Below, in pieces: positions 20,994 to 35,655 of a DNA stretch of 64,000 bases. A program made the translations under genes and the position numbers. The DNA comes from Methanomicrobiales archaeon. GTDB taxonomy: Archaea > Halobacteriota > Methanomicrobia > Methanomicrobiales > Methanoculleaceae. Location: NCBI GenBank assembly GCA_012511245.1, contig JAAZGM010000134.1, positions 2,305 through 66,304 of the forward strand, written 5' to 3'. Position 1 is the first letter of the stretch. Each line of letters starts with the position of its first letter. The notes beneath the pieces are model-generated. The model was not told the origin of the DNA, did no database searches, and worked only from the letters and a program-made list of their open reading frames with translations.

Positions 20994-21209
20994 ATGCTCT
21001 ATCGCTGGAAGAATGGACAGGATGTAGATGAGGCAGTCGTTGTCGTGATGAACACCCTTGATCAGGATCAGGAGATCCAGGGATGGTTGCTTCACACCCT
21101 GCAGCAGGCGATCGACGAATCCGACCTGCAACTTGCGCAGTACTTCTTTGTGGAACTTGAGCAGCACCGGCCTGAAGCGCTTGGATTCTTCAGGAAACCG
21201 GAATCTTAG
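20994..21209 (+). CDS. small helical hypothetical protein (71 aa)
   Basis: Protein-like C-terminal part of ORF 20868..21209, preceded by GGAGATGG. Confidence 0.55.
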   Translation: MLYRWKNGQDVDEAVVVVMNTLDQDQEIQGWLLHTLQQAIDESDLQLAQYFFVELEQHRPEALGFFRKPES

Positions 21210-21461
21210 CCCTTTCGAGGGAGATGCCCGGGGACGAGGTGACCCCGGGGTAGACGTCTTCAGGTGTTTTTCATGGATGTTACAACTGGAGACGTACGGA
21301 GCGACTTCCTGCCGATATGGGAGACCGTCGCCGCCGCCGGTCCGGTGAGGAGGATGGTGAGCACCGCGCCTGGTTTCCCCGACCACAGAGCGGTTCTGGT
21401 CATCGGATATTCTCTCATGTGAACCGGGTCCATCCCGATCCGCTGATCGCGCCGCCAAAGA

Positions 21462-21680
21462 TCACTCTGTAACTCCTTTATCCTCGTCGTCCTCGAAGCA
21501 GAAGACCTCCTCGATGGTGACGCCGAAGGTTTTTGCAATCCTGTAGGCGACCTCGATAGAGGGATTGTATTTCCCCCGCTCGATGGAGTTGATCGTCCGC
21601 CGGGTGACCCGGATTCGATCGGCAAGTTCCTCCTGGGTCATGTCGTGCATCGCGCGAAAGACCTTGATCTTGTTCTTCAT
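21462..21680 (-). CDS. XRE-family HTH transcriptional regulator
   Basis: MKNKIKVFRA..TQEELA..VTRRTINSIE.GKYNPS. Confidence 0.9.
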   Translation of the reverse strand: MKNKIKVFRAMHDMTQEELADRIRVTRRTINSIERGKYNPSIEVAYRIAKTFGVTIEEVFCFEDDEDKGVTE

Positions 21681-21685
21681 CGTCT

Positions 21686-21800
21686 CTACGCCCCGTATTT
21701 TCTGTTGTAGTGCCATAAGAACGCACCATACAACACGGCCAGCAGCACCGTGATCGCCCCGAGCGCTGCGCCGAACGCACGGGTCGTGTCCCGGATGCGG
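21686..21800 (-). pseudogene. C-terminal remnant of a DUF2178-like membrane protein
   Basis: RDTTRAFGAALGAITVLLAVLYGAFLWHYNRKYGA* ends 5 bp before the XRE start; no plausible start; upstream sequence runs into a repeat element. Confidence 0.45.
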
Positions 21801-21865
21801 TGGGGGCTATGGATATACTGAATTGGCGGTGACTGCAGGGAAGACCTTCTGCGATAGAGACAGGG

Positions 21866-22107
21866 AAGGGGGAACGAGTTCCCCCTCCCCGTCAGCCCCT
21901 CCCCCTATGGCGATATCTCCACGGTCCACTGCATGGGCGGATGCTGGATAAGATCCATGCACGGCTGCTCGTCGGGTATCGCCATGCCTGCCCCGCCCCG
22001 CAAGAAAAAGGAGGAACGTAATACGCGGGTGGGGTGGGGACTACGGGGGGAGCAGACCCCCACCGGCCCTTTCCCGAATGGCGATACCTGCCACGACTCG
22101 TTGCATG
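21866..22107. repeat. composite GC-rich palindromic repeat element (REP/MITE-like), copy A
   Basis: 11-bp inverted repeats GGTATCGCCAT (21975-21985) / ATGGCGATACC (22078-22088); another TGGCGATA at 21908; several hairpins; similar to copies at 35.9, 48.9 and 56.2 kb. Confidence 0.75.
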
Positions 22108-22239
22108 AAGGTACGCCAGAGAAAATAAGGGTCGCCTCTGGAACCGATCTGATCAGGACGAAAAATAAGATCCGGGCTGGATCTCAATAGACTGGTTTAT
22201 GGTATTTTCATGCTGGAAGCAGACGGGAAAAGAGGAGTC

Positions 22240-26701
<4,462 letters not shown>

Positions 26702-26877
26702 TTATAACCACTTATACTGAACGGCCTCCGTGGATACGCTGATTTGCGCCGTTTCAGCATATTTCCAGCCGTCCGGAGCCTCCATGCAGATATGCCTCTC
26801 TGCCGGGGCGGCAGGGTTACCCCGGCCTATATGGACTCGGCGATTCTGCCGGCGCGCGCCGGGAGGGAGGAGACTTC

Positions 26878-27186
26878 TCAGTCATACTTCCCTGTGTCTG
26901 GATCCGGTATGCCGAGTTCTATATCGACTGCAATCGCGATCCGGTTGAGGATTCGCCTGATATCTGCTGCATCTTCTTTGTCCAGGATGCCCGGTTGGTG
27001 CCAGAGCACCATCTTACGGAGCCGTCCGACGAGTTCCTCGATCTCAGTTCCCCGGAACTGGACCGGGACGATGAACTCTGAGAGATGATCTGCAGCGCCA
27101 AAGAAGGCCCTCTCGGGAGGGAGGCCGAAGTGCCGTGAGAGAAGCATGAGGTTGACGATGAAACCCCTGCCGAACTCGCTCTTCAT
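26878..27186 (-). CDS. small hypothetical protein
   Basis: Compact ORF (KSEFGRGF...FFGAADHL...DTGKYD) with host-like codon usage. Confidence 0.6.
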   Translation of the reverse strand: MKSEFGRGFIVNLMLLSRHFGLPPERAFFGAADHLSEFIVPVQFRGTEIEELVGRLRKMVLWHQPGILDKEDAADIRRILNRIAIAVDIELGIPDPDTGKYD

Positions 27187-27432
27187 AGAGATGGATCGCA
27201 TGGGAGCCTACATAATTGTGTTGACTGAGAACGGTAAAGTATCGGGCACAGTTCAACACTCTCCGGTTTTCTCAAGATCTTGTCCGCACATAGGATGCCC
27301 GTCGTCTGCCGCATCTCCCCGGGCCACGGTGGCGGGGCAATAGTGCCGGTTCCGGGACATCTGGATGATCTCCTCCGGAATAATTACAAAACACCCCTGT
27401 GTTCCGGCAACCGGCAGGGTTCAATGGCAGGA

Positions 27433-28248
27433 TTATGTAAACAGATAAGTTCCGGCCGAGACCGCCACGATGAAGATGAATGATGCCGCCAGAAACGCCC
27501 ATTCCCCGGGGTGCAGGGGCTTTTTTGCAAGAAATATATACGAAGCCTTTCCGTAGCTCCGGCAGAGCATGCTGACATATGTGCGCTCCCCCTGCTCAAA
27601 CGACCTGATAAAGACCGACCCGATTGTATAACTCATCTGCCTGATGCGATACACGTACGGCAAAGAACCGTCGAATACGTCGAAGCACCGGGTTTCAAGC
27701 GCATGCCTCACCCTGTTGAACATGTCGGCAAAGACGAATAGATATCGTATCATCATGCCCAGAGCGAGTGCAAACTCCGGTGGCAGACCCAGCCTCGCGG
27801 CGCCGTCCAGAAGATCCTGCATCCTGGTCGTCGAGGAGAGCAGGATGATGAAGGAGATGCAGACCAAAAACTTGGCCCCAAGGATAGTAGCGAACTCCAT
27901 CGATTCGGCGAATATGTGTATCCCGAAGGGCAGGTCGAAGATCGCGTGAACGCTGGAATACCGCGGATTTTCAAAGAATATCTGAAAGAATATGATGAAA
28001 AAGCCGAACGGAAGGATCATAAGGAACCGCTTCACAAAAACCAGCGGGGGCAGCCGGGAGAACGCCCACAAACAGAGAAAGAAGAGGAACATCACCTCCC
28101 CGAAGAGATAGGTCTTTGTGGAGTACGGGAATGCCACAACGGCAATGATGCATGCGAAGCATATGAGAATCTTCACTCTTGCATCCAGGCGGTGGACCGG
28201 GCTGTCACGGTATGCCATGCGTTCGATGTCGTAAAGCTCATCGATCAT
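27433..28248 (-). CDS. cbiQ: Co/Ni ECF transporter T component CbiQ/NikQ
   Basis: SPVHRLDARVK, MIRYLF, RSFEQGER.Y.SM..R. Confidence 0.9.
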   Translation of the reverse strand: MIDELYDIERMAYRDSPVHRLDARVKILICFACIIAVVAFPYSTKTYLFGEVMFLFFLCLWAFSRLPPLVFVKRFLMILPFGFFIIFFQIFFENPRYSSVHAIFDLPFGIHIFAESMEFATILGAKFLVCISFIILLSSTTRMQDLLDGAARLGLPPEFALALGMMIRYLFVFADMFNRVRHALETRCFDVFDGSLPYVYRIRQMSYTIGSVFIRSFEQGERTYVSMLCRSYGKASYIFLAKKPLHPGEWAFLAASFIFIVAVSAGTYLFT

Positions 28249-29078
28249 GGCGATCCCTTGAGTTTCTCAAGAAGTGCCGCTTCTACTTCATCGTATGTGT
28301 ATCCCATCCGAATGTCTACCCCCTGACGCTGGAGCGAACGAATCAGCCGCGGGAGCACGGGTACCTGCAGGTGTGCGAAACTCAAGAGATCTTCCTGCAC
28401 GAAGACCTCCTGAACAGTTCCCTTGCCGATAACAGATCCCCTGTTCATGATCCAGATCTCGTCTGCGATCTCGGTGACGATATCGAGATGGTGCGTGGAG
28501 GTGATCACGGTCATGCCGTATTTTTCCGGGAGTGTATTGATGAAATCGATCAGATCGGAGACGCCTTGCGGGTCAAGGCCCGCCGTTGGTTCATCCATGA
28601 CCATCACCTGAGGCTCCATGGCGATGATCCCTGCAATGGAGACTCGCTTCTTTTCTCCTCCGCTCAGGTGATGAGGAACGCGATTTCGGAGTTCTTCGAT
28701 TCCGACAATCCGAAGTGCTTCATCGACGCGGTGCTGGATGGTTTTACTGTCAAGACCGAGGTTTGCCGGTCCGAACGCCACATCCTGCTCGACGGTCGGT
28801 GAGATGATCTGGTCGTCCGGATTCTGGAAGACGATACCGACGAACTTCCGCACATCCCTGATATTCTGCCTGGTGATCGGCTCGCCTCTGATGAGCACCT
28901 CCCCGGATGTCGGCTTGAGAATGCCGTTGAAATGCTTGAAAAGCGTGCTCTTTCCTGCGCCGTTCGCTCCTATTACCGCGATCAGTTTCTTCCTGCCCGC
29001 AACGAAGTTGACATTGTCCAGGGCCAGGTCGGTGCCCCGATAGGAGTACCGGAGATTACGGGTCTCGATCAGATGCAT
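28245..29078 (-). CDS. cbiO: Co/Ni ECF transporter ATPase CbiO/NikO
   Basis: GANGAGKST, FQNPDDQ, LSGGEKKR, DEPTAGLD. Confidence 0.92.
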   Translation of the reverse strand: MHLIETRNLRYSYRGTDLALDNVNFVAGRKKLIAVIGANGAGKSTLFKHFNGILKPTSGEVLIRGEPITRQNIRDVRKFVGIVFQNPDDQIISPTVEQDVAFGPANLGLDSKTIQHRVDEALRIVGIEELRNRVPHHLSGGEKKRVSIAGIIAMEPQVMVMDEPTAGLDPQGVSDLIDFINTLPEKYGMTVITSTHHLDIVTEIADEIWIMNRGSVIGKGTVQEVFVQEDLLSFAHLQVPVLPRLIRSLQRQGVDIRMGYTYDEVEAALLEKLKGSP

Positions 29079-29111
29079 GTATAGTCGGCACTTCGAAAAA
29101 TTGGAGATATA

Positions 29112-29447
29112 TCATTGTTTTGATGCAGCAACCACTTTACCGGCACCGAAGGCAAGGGCAAAGGCGATCAGGACGCCGACGATAATGGCGATGATCGCGC
29201 CAAGCGACCCCAGTTCCTCCCCTAAAGCATAATCCGGCATGGGTGCTGCATAAGCAAACGTGCCGGACCCGACCGCTTCGGGATCGCCGTCTTCGGGGGA
29301 CGGCCCCGTCAATGTCTTGCCGCCCTGCACGAAGAGAGCCGTGCTTTCCAGCCCATCCGGATCGCTCGATGCGAAAAATACCGCCGTAACGCCGATGGCG
29401 ATCGCAAGGACGATCCCGACGGCGATAAACGACTTCATCTCCATCAT
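29112..29447 (-). CDS. PDGLE-domain ECF accessory subunit (NikN/CbiN-like)
   Basis: ASSDPDGLE, APMPDY, two TM segments; ATG overlaps the cbiM stop. Confidence 0.85.
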   Translation of the reverse strand: MMEMKSFIAVGIVLAIAIGVTAVFFASSDPDGLESTALFVQGGKTLTGPSPEDGDPEAVGSGTFAYAAPMPDYALGEELGSLGAIIAIIVGVLIAFALAFGAGKVVAASKQ

Positions 29448-30088
29448 GCCGCCACCCCGCTCTTGCTCTCCAGCGGCATCAGGTCGGGGCGGGCATGGTA
29501 TATGAGATAGACCGCTCCTGCAGTGATCGCGCCTTCGATGATGCCGATAGCCGCATGGTAGGTGCCCATGGCCAGAAGACCCGGCACAAGGGGAAACGTG
29601 CCTGCAACGAACATCTCGACCGATGCCGCAAGTGCCGGTATGAAGCATGCAAACCAGGCAGCAATCCCGGCGGAGACGTACGCGTTCCGGGCAATGCTCT
29701 TTAAGGTCGTGAACCCGTAATAACCAACAAAACCGCCGATAACCCCCATGTTGATGATATTCACGCCCATGGTCGTGATACCGCCGTCGCCGAAGAACAC
29801 GCCCTGGATTATCAAGACCAGAGTGAGGATAAAGACCGCGGCATAGGGGGAGCCCAGGACAATCGCGGCAAGGGCTCCTCCCACAAGATGGCCGCTCGTC
29901 CCCATACCTACCGGCAGGTTGAAGGCCTGAATTGCAAAGATTCCTGCAGCCAGAACCGCCACAAGAGGGATTTTTTCCTCGGCAAGCTCCTTTCGCGCCC
30001 ATCTCAATGAGAGAGCGACGAAGATCAGGGCAATGATCCAGTACACTGCAGCCTGTCCAATCGGAATAAACGCATCAGGTATATGCAT
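29444..30088 (-). CDS. cbiM: Co/Ni ECF substrate-binding component CbiM/NikM
   Basis: N-terminal MHIPD metal ligand, GTSGH, GDGG. Confidence 0.92.
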   Translation of the reverse strand: MHIPDAFIPIGQAAVYWIIALIFVALSLRWARKELAEEKIPLVAVLAAGIFAIQAFNLPVGMGTSGHLVGGALAAIVLGSPYAAVFILTLVLIIQGVFFGDGGITTMGVNIINMGVIGGFVGYYGFTTLKSIARNAYVSAGIAAWFACFIPALAASVEMFVAGTFPLVPGLLAMGTYHAAIGIIEGAITAGAVYLIYHARPDLMPLESKSGVAA

Positions 30089-30106
30089 GGCACACCCTGA
30101 TCTGCT

Positions 30107-30135
30107 GTGTTACGTAATAGTATATAGGTATTACG
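30107..30135. promoter_or_regulatory. putative NikR-type operator overlapping the TATA box of the cbiM/nikM operon
   Basis: CGTAATA-N9-TATTACG inverted repeat; also reads GTGTTAC-N14-GTATTAC; TATATA in the spacer. Confidence 0.55.
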
Positions 30136-30148
30136 AATCGCGAAGGTT

Positions 30149-31303
30149 CTATAACTCCATAAGAACTCGTCGTACTCCTGATGCGAAGAGTATGCCCATT
30201 GCCCTTGCCAGCGCGGGTTTCAGGGCAAGTTTACGGATCAGGGTGCCCGGCCTGTCCATATCACCGTGCTCCACGATCGTCTGGATGATATCGGGGTCAT
30301 TTAACGCCCGGCAGAGACGGTCGATCTCCTCCGGCGTCATCTTCTGCCGCATCCTGAGCGCTCTCATCCCGATATCGAGTTCTCTCCCGAAATCTTCCTT
30401 CCAGCGCCGCTCGTAATCCCGGAGGCTCCCGTCGTCGAACTCCCCGCGCGCCACGCACGTCGCAGCGACCGCAGCAGCGTGTTTTGCTGACCGGATGCCC
30501 GTGTAGATTCCTCCGCCCGACGTGGGTTTCGCGAACCCCGCGGCATCGCCGACGATGAGCGCTCGATGGCCGTAAGTCTGAGGCATGACCCCGAGCGGGA
30601 TGACGCCGGTTGCGAGGTGGAGCGAGTTCTCCCCGTAACGGGCAATGAATCGGTCGAAGTGATCCTTTGCATGCTCTCTCGCGCAGAGACCGACACGCGC
30701 CCGGGTTGCTGAGATCGGGATCACCCACCCGAAGAAGTCGGGTGAGGCGTCTGGATGGAGTTCCACATAGCGTGGATCTACCTTGCAGGGGACCTCTGCC
30801 TGCACCCCGGCAAGATAGACCCTTGATCGCTGGAATCCGAGCATGCGGGCGATGGAGCTCCGTGGCCCGTCGGCAGCGATCAGGAGGCGGAAGGGGATCT
30901 CCTCCCGCCCGTGGATGCCCCGGGTCAGGAGCGAGGTGCCCTGGATACCTGATGCGCTTGTTTTCAAGCGAAACTCCGCCCCGGCGTTCGCCGCCTTCTC
31001 TGCCATCTCCCGGTCGAGGTGACACCGATCGACGACATAGGCCTTCGTCACCCCTGCATCGAAGAGGAGCTCGCCGCCGAGACCCGAGACCATGCGTGCG
31101 CCGCTCACCTCATTCAGGACCGAACGGTTCGAGACGTTACACTCGGCAAACGCTGAGGCTGAGAGCAATCCTGCGCACTGCACCGGGTAGCCGATCGTCC
31201 CATGCTCCTCAATACAGAGTGTTTTAAGCCCTTCTTCGGCACACGCCCGCGCTGCTGCGCTCCCGGCAGGCCCCGCGCCCACAATGACTACATCCCAGAC
31301 CAA
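30149..31303 (-). CDS. geranylgeranyl reductase family FAD oxidoreductase
   Basis: GAGPAG, PVQCAG, ADG, WVIP, GDAAG..KP.SGGGI. Confidence 0.88.
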   Translation of the reverse strand: MVWDVVIVGAGPAGSAAARACAEEGLKTLCIEEHGTIGYPVQCAGLLSASAFAECNVSNRSVLNEVSGARMVSGLGGELLFDAGVTKAYVVDRCHLDREMAEKAANAGAEFRLKTSASGIQGTSLLTRGIHGREEIPFRLLIAADGPRSSIARMLGFQRSRVYLAGVQAEVPCKVDPRYVELHPDASPDFFGWVIPISATRARVGLCAREHAKDHFDRFIARYGENSLHLATGVIPLGVMPQTYGHRALIVGDAAGFAKPTSGGGIYTGIRSAKHAAAVAATCVARGEFDDGSLRDYERRWKEDFGRELDIGMRALRMRQKMTPEEIDRLCRALNDPDIIQTIVEHGDMDRPGTLIRKLALKPALARAMGILFASGVRRVLMEL

Positions 31304-31409
31304 GCTATCATCATCCCCCGCAAATCCGGGATCCCGGTGATTCCTCTCTCCCGAATATTAGGACCCCGGTTGGTATAAATGAGAGCGGCCGGCAGGGCCG
31401 ATCCCCTGC

Positions 31410-31634
31410 CTACCTGAGATGCTCCGCCACGAACCGGCCTGTCTCGAAGCCGATGAGGGCAAGAAAGATCATGGTCAATATGACCATCGCAGAAAGGAAG
31501 AGTGCGACCACCTCATCAAGGGTGAGCATGAACACCCCGGCAGCCGGGGCCATGAGGCCGGGGAATGTGGCAACTGCCACGGCGCCGATTACCCATATCG
31601 CCACAAAAATGAGGTAGATCGATAGTTTCCTCAT
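31410..31634 (-). CDS. small two-TM membrane protein
   Basis: 74-aa hydrophobic ORF directly after the 31639..32241 gene. Confidence 0.6.
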   Translation of the reverse strand: MRKLSIYLIFVAIWVIGAVAVATFPGLMAPAAGVFMLTLDEVVALFLSAMVILTMIFLALIGFETGRFVAEHLR

Positions 31635-31638
31635 GGAT

Positions 31639-32241
31639 CTACTCTTCGCGGTATTCTGTCTGCTGTTCTTTTAAAGCCATATCTTGCCGCTCTGACTCGA
31701 TCTTCTGGGTGAACTCTGCGGCCCACCGCTCAATCTCTCCCGAGAAGAGCCTGCCAACCCGGAAGAGGACGATGATCGCCCAGAGGACCAGGAGGATCAG
31801 GATTATGCCTGCAAGGACCGAGAAGATCCCCGCGATGAACGGCAGGAAGAACAGGTACGCGATGACGACAAGGAGCACGTAGGCAATACCCCGGAATGCC
31901 CGCCGGTAGCGCGTCACCCTCTCTTCAGGTGTATCGCCTCGCGAGTATGCCACGGCGGCGTACCCCGCGATCGCGTCGGTGACGTCGAGGACCTCCTTGA
32001 ATATACCAAGGATGATGATCACGAGCGCGACGAGGATTATCCCCGATATCAGGCTGCTAAGGCCGATCAGGCCAAAGAAGGACGGGTCCCCGAGCATCGT
32101 TGCAAGCGGCTGGAAGACGAAGACGCCAAAGAGCCATATAAGGAATGCGGTGACGATGCCAACCACAATCTTTGGAATGCTATCATAGATCTCATGCCGG
32201 GATTCGGCAAGTAACTTTTCACGGTTTATCACACGAATCAC
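31639..32241 (-). CDS. hypothetical membrane protein (4 TM)
   Basis: Hydrophobic helices with a charged C-terminal tail. Confidence 0.7.
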   Translation of the reverse strand: MIRVINREKLLAESRHEIYDSIPKIVVGIVTAFLIWLFGVFVFQPLATMLGDPSFFGLIGLSSLISGIILVALVIIILGIFKEVLDVTDAIAGYAAVAYSRGDTPEERVTRYRRAFRGIAYVLLVVIAYLFFLPFIAGIFSVLAGIILILLVLWAIIVLFRVGRLFSGEIERWAAEFTQKIESERQDMALKEQQTEYREE

Positions 32242-32535
32242 CTTGATTCATATGGACTTTAAGTGAGTACCCTTAAATAGTTTAGCCTGGATATGGGCCA
32301 TTTATAGGCTATCTCCAGGAAAAAAAGCCTGTCTAATAGAACAAAATCGCATGATATCCCGTTATATGTCCTGGAGATCTGGACGGCCCGGCACGTTCTT
32401 CGGCGGGTTGCCACTCCTCCGCTTCCTGCCCGGCGGGTGCGCGGGGGGGAGGTCTTTCGCACACCCGGTATAACGTGCTCCTCCGCCGCCCTCCACAGCT
32501 GTGTATTTGATGGATCATGCCCCAAGTAATACGAA

Positions 32536-32898
32536 ATGCCGGATATGCGGGAGTTTAAGTGGAAGCAGTGCCTGGTCGTGCGTGCTGATATCAAGATGAG
32601 CTGCGGCAAGAAGTGTGCGCAGATCGCTCATGCAGCCATAGGGGCATACGAGAAGGCCGATAAACTGGCAAGAAAAGCCTGGTTTGATGAGGGGCAGAAG
32701 AAAGTCGTGCTGAAGGCATCAAACGAGCGTCAGCTCTTTGAACTCAAGACGATAGCGGAACGAGCAGGTATCCCGGCATCGATCATACAGGATGCCGGGA
32801 TGACCGAGATCCCGCCGGGAACCGTGACGGCGCTCGGCCTTGGCCCTGCCCGCTCCGAAGACCTCGACCGGATCACTGGAGACCTCTCCCTGCTATGA
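32536..32898 (+). CDS. pth2: peptidyl-tRNA hydrolase Pth2
   Basis: GK.CAQ.AHA, GQKKVVLK, DAG.TEI.PGT.T.LGLGP. Confidence 0.95.
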   Translation: MPDMREFKWKQCLVVRADIKMSCGKKCAQIAHAAIGAYEKADKLARKAWFDEGQKKVVLKASNERQLFELKTIAERAGIPASIIQDAGMTEIPPGTVTALGLGPARSEDLDRITGDLSLL

Positions 32899-34166
32899 TG
32901 CCCTCACCCCACCCCCTTGAGGTGGAACTCGGGATGCGCTACTACGCATCCGATACCCCCGGTATCGGTGGGCGGCTCCGCGCAAGCCCCGCCGATTTTG
33001 TCGTCGACGAGCTCCCGCTCCCGATCAGCGATCCCGACGGGCCTTACCTCATCTGCCGGCTCACCAAGACGAACTGGGAACTTCAGCGGGCGGTCAAGGA
33101 GATTGCGAAACGGCTCGGCATCAGTCACCGGCGGATCGCCTGGGCGGGGACGAAGGACAAGAACGCGGTGACGACCCAGCTCATATCGATCTACGACGTC
33201 TCACCCGAAACGGTCGAGCAGGTGCGCCTTGCGGATATCACGCTCGAGGCCGTCGGGCGGTCGCAGCACCCGCTCATCCTCGGCGGTCTTGAGGGCAACC
33301 GGTTCGATATCCTCATCCGCGACTGCATCGAGGATGACCTCCCGGCACGGGTGCAGGCGGCGACGGCCGTTTCATCCGCCGGGATACCGAACTACTACGG
33401 GTTGCAGCGGTTTGGTGTTGTCCGGCCGGTCACGCACCTCGTCGGCGAGAGGATCCTCAAAGGCGACTACGAGGGCGCCGTGACCACCTACATCGGCCGG
33501 GCGTACCCCCGGGAGTCGGAAGAGGCACAGCATGCCCGGACTCATTTCGCCGAAACCCATGATGCGCGGGCGGCGCTCGCCGATCTCCCCGTCCGGATGA
33601 CCTATGAACGGGCTATGGCAAATCACCTCGTCGCAAACCCCGGCGACTACGCCGGCGCGCTCCGGGCGCTCCCCCCAAAGCTCCTCTCGCTCCTTGTGAG
33701 CGCATATCAGTCCTACCTCTTCAACCGCGCTCTCTCTTCACGGCTGGATGCTGGTATGTCGCTTACCGAGCCCGAAGTCGGCGATCGACTCCTCTTCTCG
33801 GGGGGTCGCGAGGATATTGTAACCGCACGAAACCGACAGGCTGCCCTGCTGCAGATCCGCCGTGGCCGAACCCGGGTCGCCCTCTTCATCCCGGGAGCCG
33901 GGGCGGTGGCATCATACGGGCCGATGGATGAGATCATGCAGGACCTGATGGCTGAGTCCGGGATCAGCGCCGGGGACTTCGAGCGTGCCTCCCGGTTCGT
34001 AGAGACGGCGTTTTCCGGTGTCCTCCGGTCGATAAGCCTCTTTGCAGATGTGGAGGCGGATGTATCCGGTACGGACGTCCGGCTCAAATTCACGCTTCCT
34101 CCCGGTCATTACGCAACGACGGTCTGCCGTGAGTACATGAAGGCCGACCCGTACATGATGATCTAA
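32895..34166 (+). CDS. truD: tRNA pseudouridine(13) synthase TruD
   Basis: AGTKDK.AVT.Q, GNRF, PNYYG.QRFG, F.LPPG.YAT. Confidence 0.95.
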   Translation: MMPSPHPLEVELGMRYYASDTPGIGGRLRASPADFVVDELPLPISDPDGPYLICRLTKTNWELQRAVKEIAKRLGISHRRIAWAGTKDKNAVTTQLISIYDVSPETVEQVRLADITLEAVGRSQHPLILGGLEGNRFDILIRDCIEDDLPARVQAATAVSSAGIPNYYGLQRFGVVRPVTHLVGERILKGDYEGAVTTYIGRAYPRESEEAQHARTHFAETHDARAALADLPVRMTYERAMANHLVANPGDYAGALRALPPKLLSLLVSAYQSYLFNRALSSRLDAGMSLTEPEVGDRLLFSGGREDIVTARNRQAALLQIRRGRTRVALFIPGAGAVASYGPMDEIMQDLMAESGISAGDFERASRFVETAFSGVLRSISLFADVEADVSGTDVRLKFTLPPGHYATTVCREYMKADPYMMI

Positions 34167-34187
34167 GCGATCAAGACCCAAAAAAGA

Positions 34188-34877
34188 TTATTCGCGGGTG
34201 GGATGGTAGAGCACATCCCACTCGGTGATCAGGTTGCTCCCGCACATATAGTGGCGCTTCAAGGAGAGGCGGAACATCTCTTCTTCAGTCTCGATGTGCA
34301 TGCCGCCGACGAGCGACGGGGTATCAGCGCCGCCGACGATGAACGGCAGGTGGATCAGGCGTATCTCATTGACAAGGTGGTGGTTCAGCATCGACCAGTT
34401 CAGCGTCGGCCCCCCCTCGATCATCATCCTGCCGACACCGTAGTCCCGCTTCAGGATACCCATCAACCCCGGCAGGTCGACCTCTCTCTCGCCCATGACG
34501 ACGACGTCGACACCGCTTTTCCGGAGACGGGCAACGTTCTCCTTCGGCGCCGCCTCGCTGACGGCGATGACCGTCCGCGCGTCAGGCCCGAGGATGTTTG
34601 CATCCGGTGGGATATCCGCCCGGTTGCTCGGAATAACGCGGAGCGGGCTTTTTCCCTCGACCAGCCTGACTGTCAGGAACGAGTTGTCGATCCTGATGGT
34701 GTTTGCCCCTACCATGATGGCGTCGTATTCCGCCCGGGTCCGGTGAAGAAGGAGTTCGGTCTCGGGCGCCATGTATCTCATGAGGATCTTGCTTGAGGCA
34801 CCGCGCTTCAGGGTAAGTTTCCCGTCGACGGTGATCTCCGACATCATGAGCACGTGCGGCCTGTCGTGTTCTGGCAT
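34188..34877 (-). CDS. RibD C-terminal reductase-family protein (archaeal pyrimidine reductase-like)
   Basis: DGK, AIMVGANT...DN..LTVR, IEGGPTLN; probable start MPEHD at 34877. Confidence 0.82.
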   Translation of the reverse strand: MPEHDRPHVLMMSEITVDGKLTLKRGASSKILMRYMAPETELLLHRTRAEYDAIMVGANTIRIDNSFLTVRLVEGKSPLRVIPSNRADIPPDANILGPDARTVIAVSEAAPKENVARLRKSGVDVVVMGEREVDLPGLMGILKRDYGVGRMMIEGGPTLNWSMLNHHLVNEIRLIHLPFIVGGADTPSLVGGMHIETEEEMFRLSLKRHYMCGSNLITEWDVLYHPTRE

Positions 34878-35022
34878 TGGAATTCGTTCCCGGTGATATA
34901 TCTGGCGGGAGCGTTTATGAATCTGATGATTTTTGCCGGTATGGAAATATTCGGGGTGAGTTGTTGCGCTCTGGCAGGACAGAGCAAAGGTTAAACCCGA
35001 GACAGGCCGATAATTTAATGCG

Positions 35023-35655
35023 ATGAATATAACCTCCCTGCGGCCGAAATTCATCAAATATACGGAGCCTATCGCGTCGTTTTTTATACGCCTCGGTGTC
35101 ACGCCAAACCAGATCTCCGTACTCTCCGTGTTCTTCGGTTTTTCGTGCGCGCTTGCCTTTGCCGGACGCTACTTCCTCGCCGGCAGCCTGCTCCTCCTCG
35201 CCTCGGCGATCCTCGATCTGGTGGATGGCAGCGTCGCCCGGAGGAATCACACGGAGAGCCGGTTCGGGGCGGTCTTCGACTGGGTCGCTGACAAATACGT
35301 CGATGCAGCGGTCATCCTCGGTGTGGGGTTCTCCGGCATCCCCATCATAAGCCAGTTCATCGATGTCCCGCCGGTTGCCGACTTCGGTATCGTGGGGCTG
35401 GCACTTGCCGGGTCGCTGATCAACACCTTCATCAAGCCGGTCACATACGCAGAGATCGGTTTCTCGGAGAGGATTGCCGGGAAGATCGAGGATCCTCTTG
35501 AGGGTGTCGGATTCTTCGGGCGGCCCGAGACAATCCTTGTGCTGGTGCTCGGCGGCATAACCGGGTACATCTGGGTTGCAATCCTCCTCATCGCAGTCTG
35601 CACGAATCTCTCTGCAGTCCAGCGGATCTTCTACCTCTACCGGCGGTATTCCTGA
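35023..35655 (+). CDS. CDP-alcohol phosphatidyltransferase (archaeal phospholipid head-group synthase)
   Basis: TPN and D..DG..AR.......G...D...D signature. Confidence 0.9.
   Translation: MNITSLRPKFIKYTEPIASFFIRLGVTPNQISVLSVFFGFSCALAFAGRYFLAGSLLLLASAILDLVDGSVARRNHTESRFGAVFDWVADKYVDAAVILGVGFSGIPIISQFIDVPPVADFGIVGLALAGSLINTFIKPVTYAEIGFSERIAGKIEDPLEGVGFFGRPETILVLVLGGITGYIWVAILLIAVCTNLSAVQRIFYLYRRYS

Noticed and set aside
29448-30002. N-terminal 184 aa of ORF 29112..30002
   Set aside because: Alternative frame of cbiM; the real PDGLE protein starts at 29447
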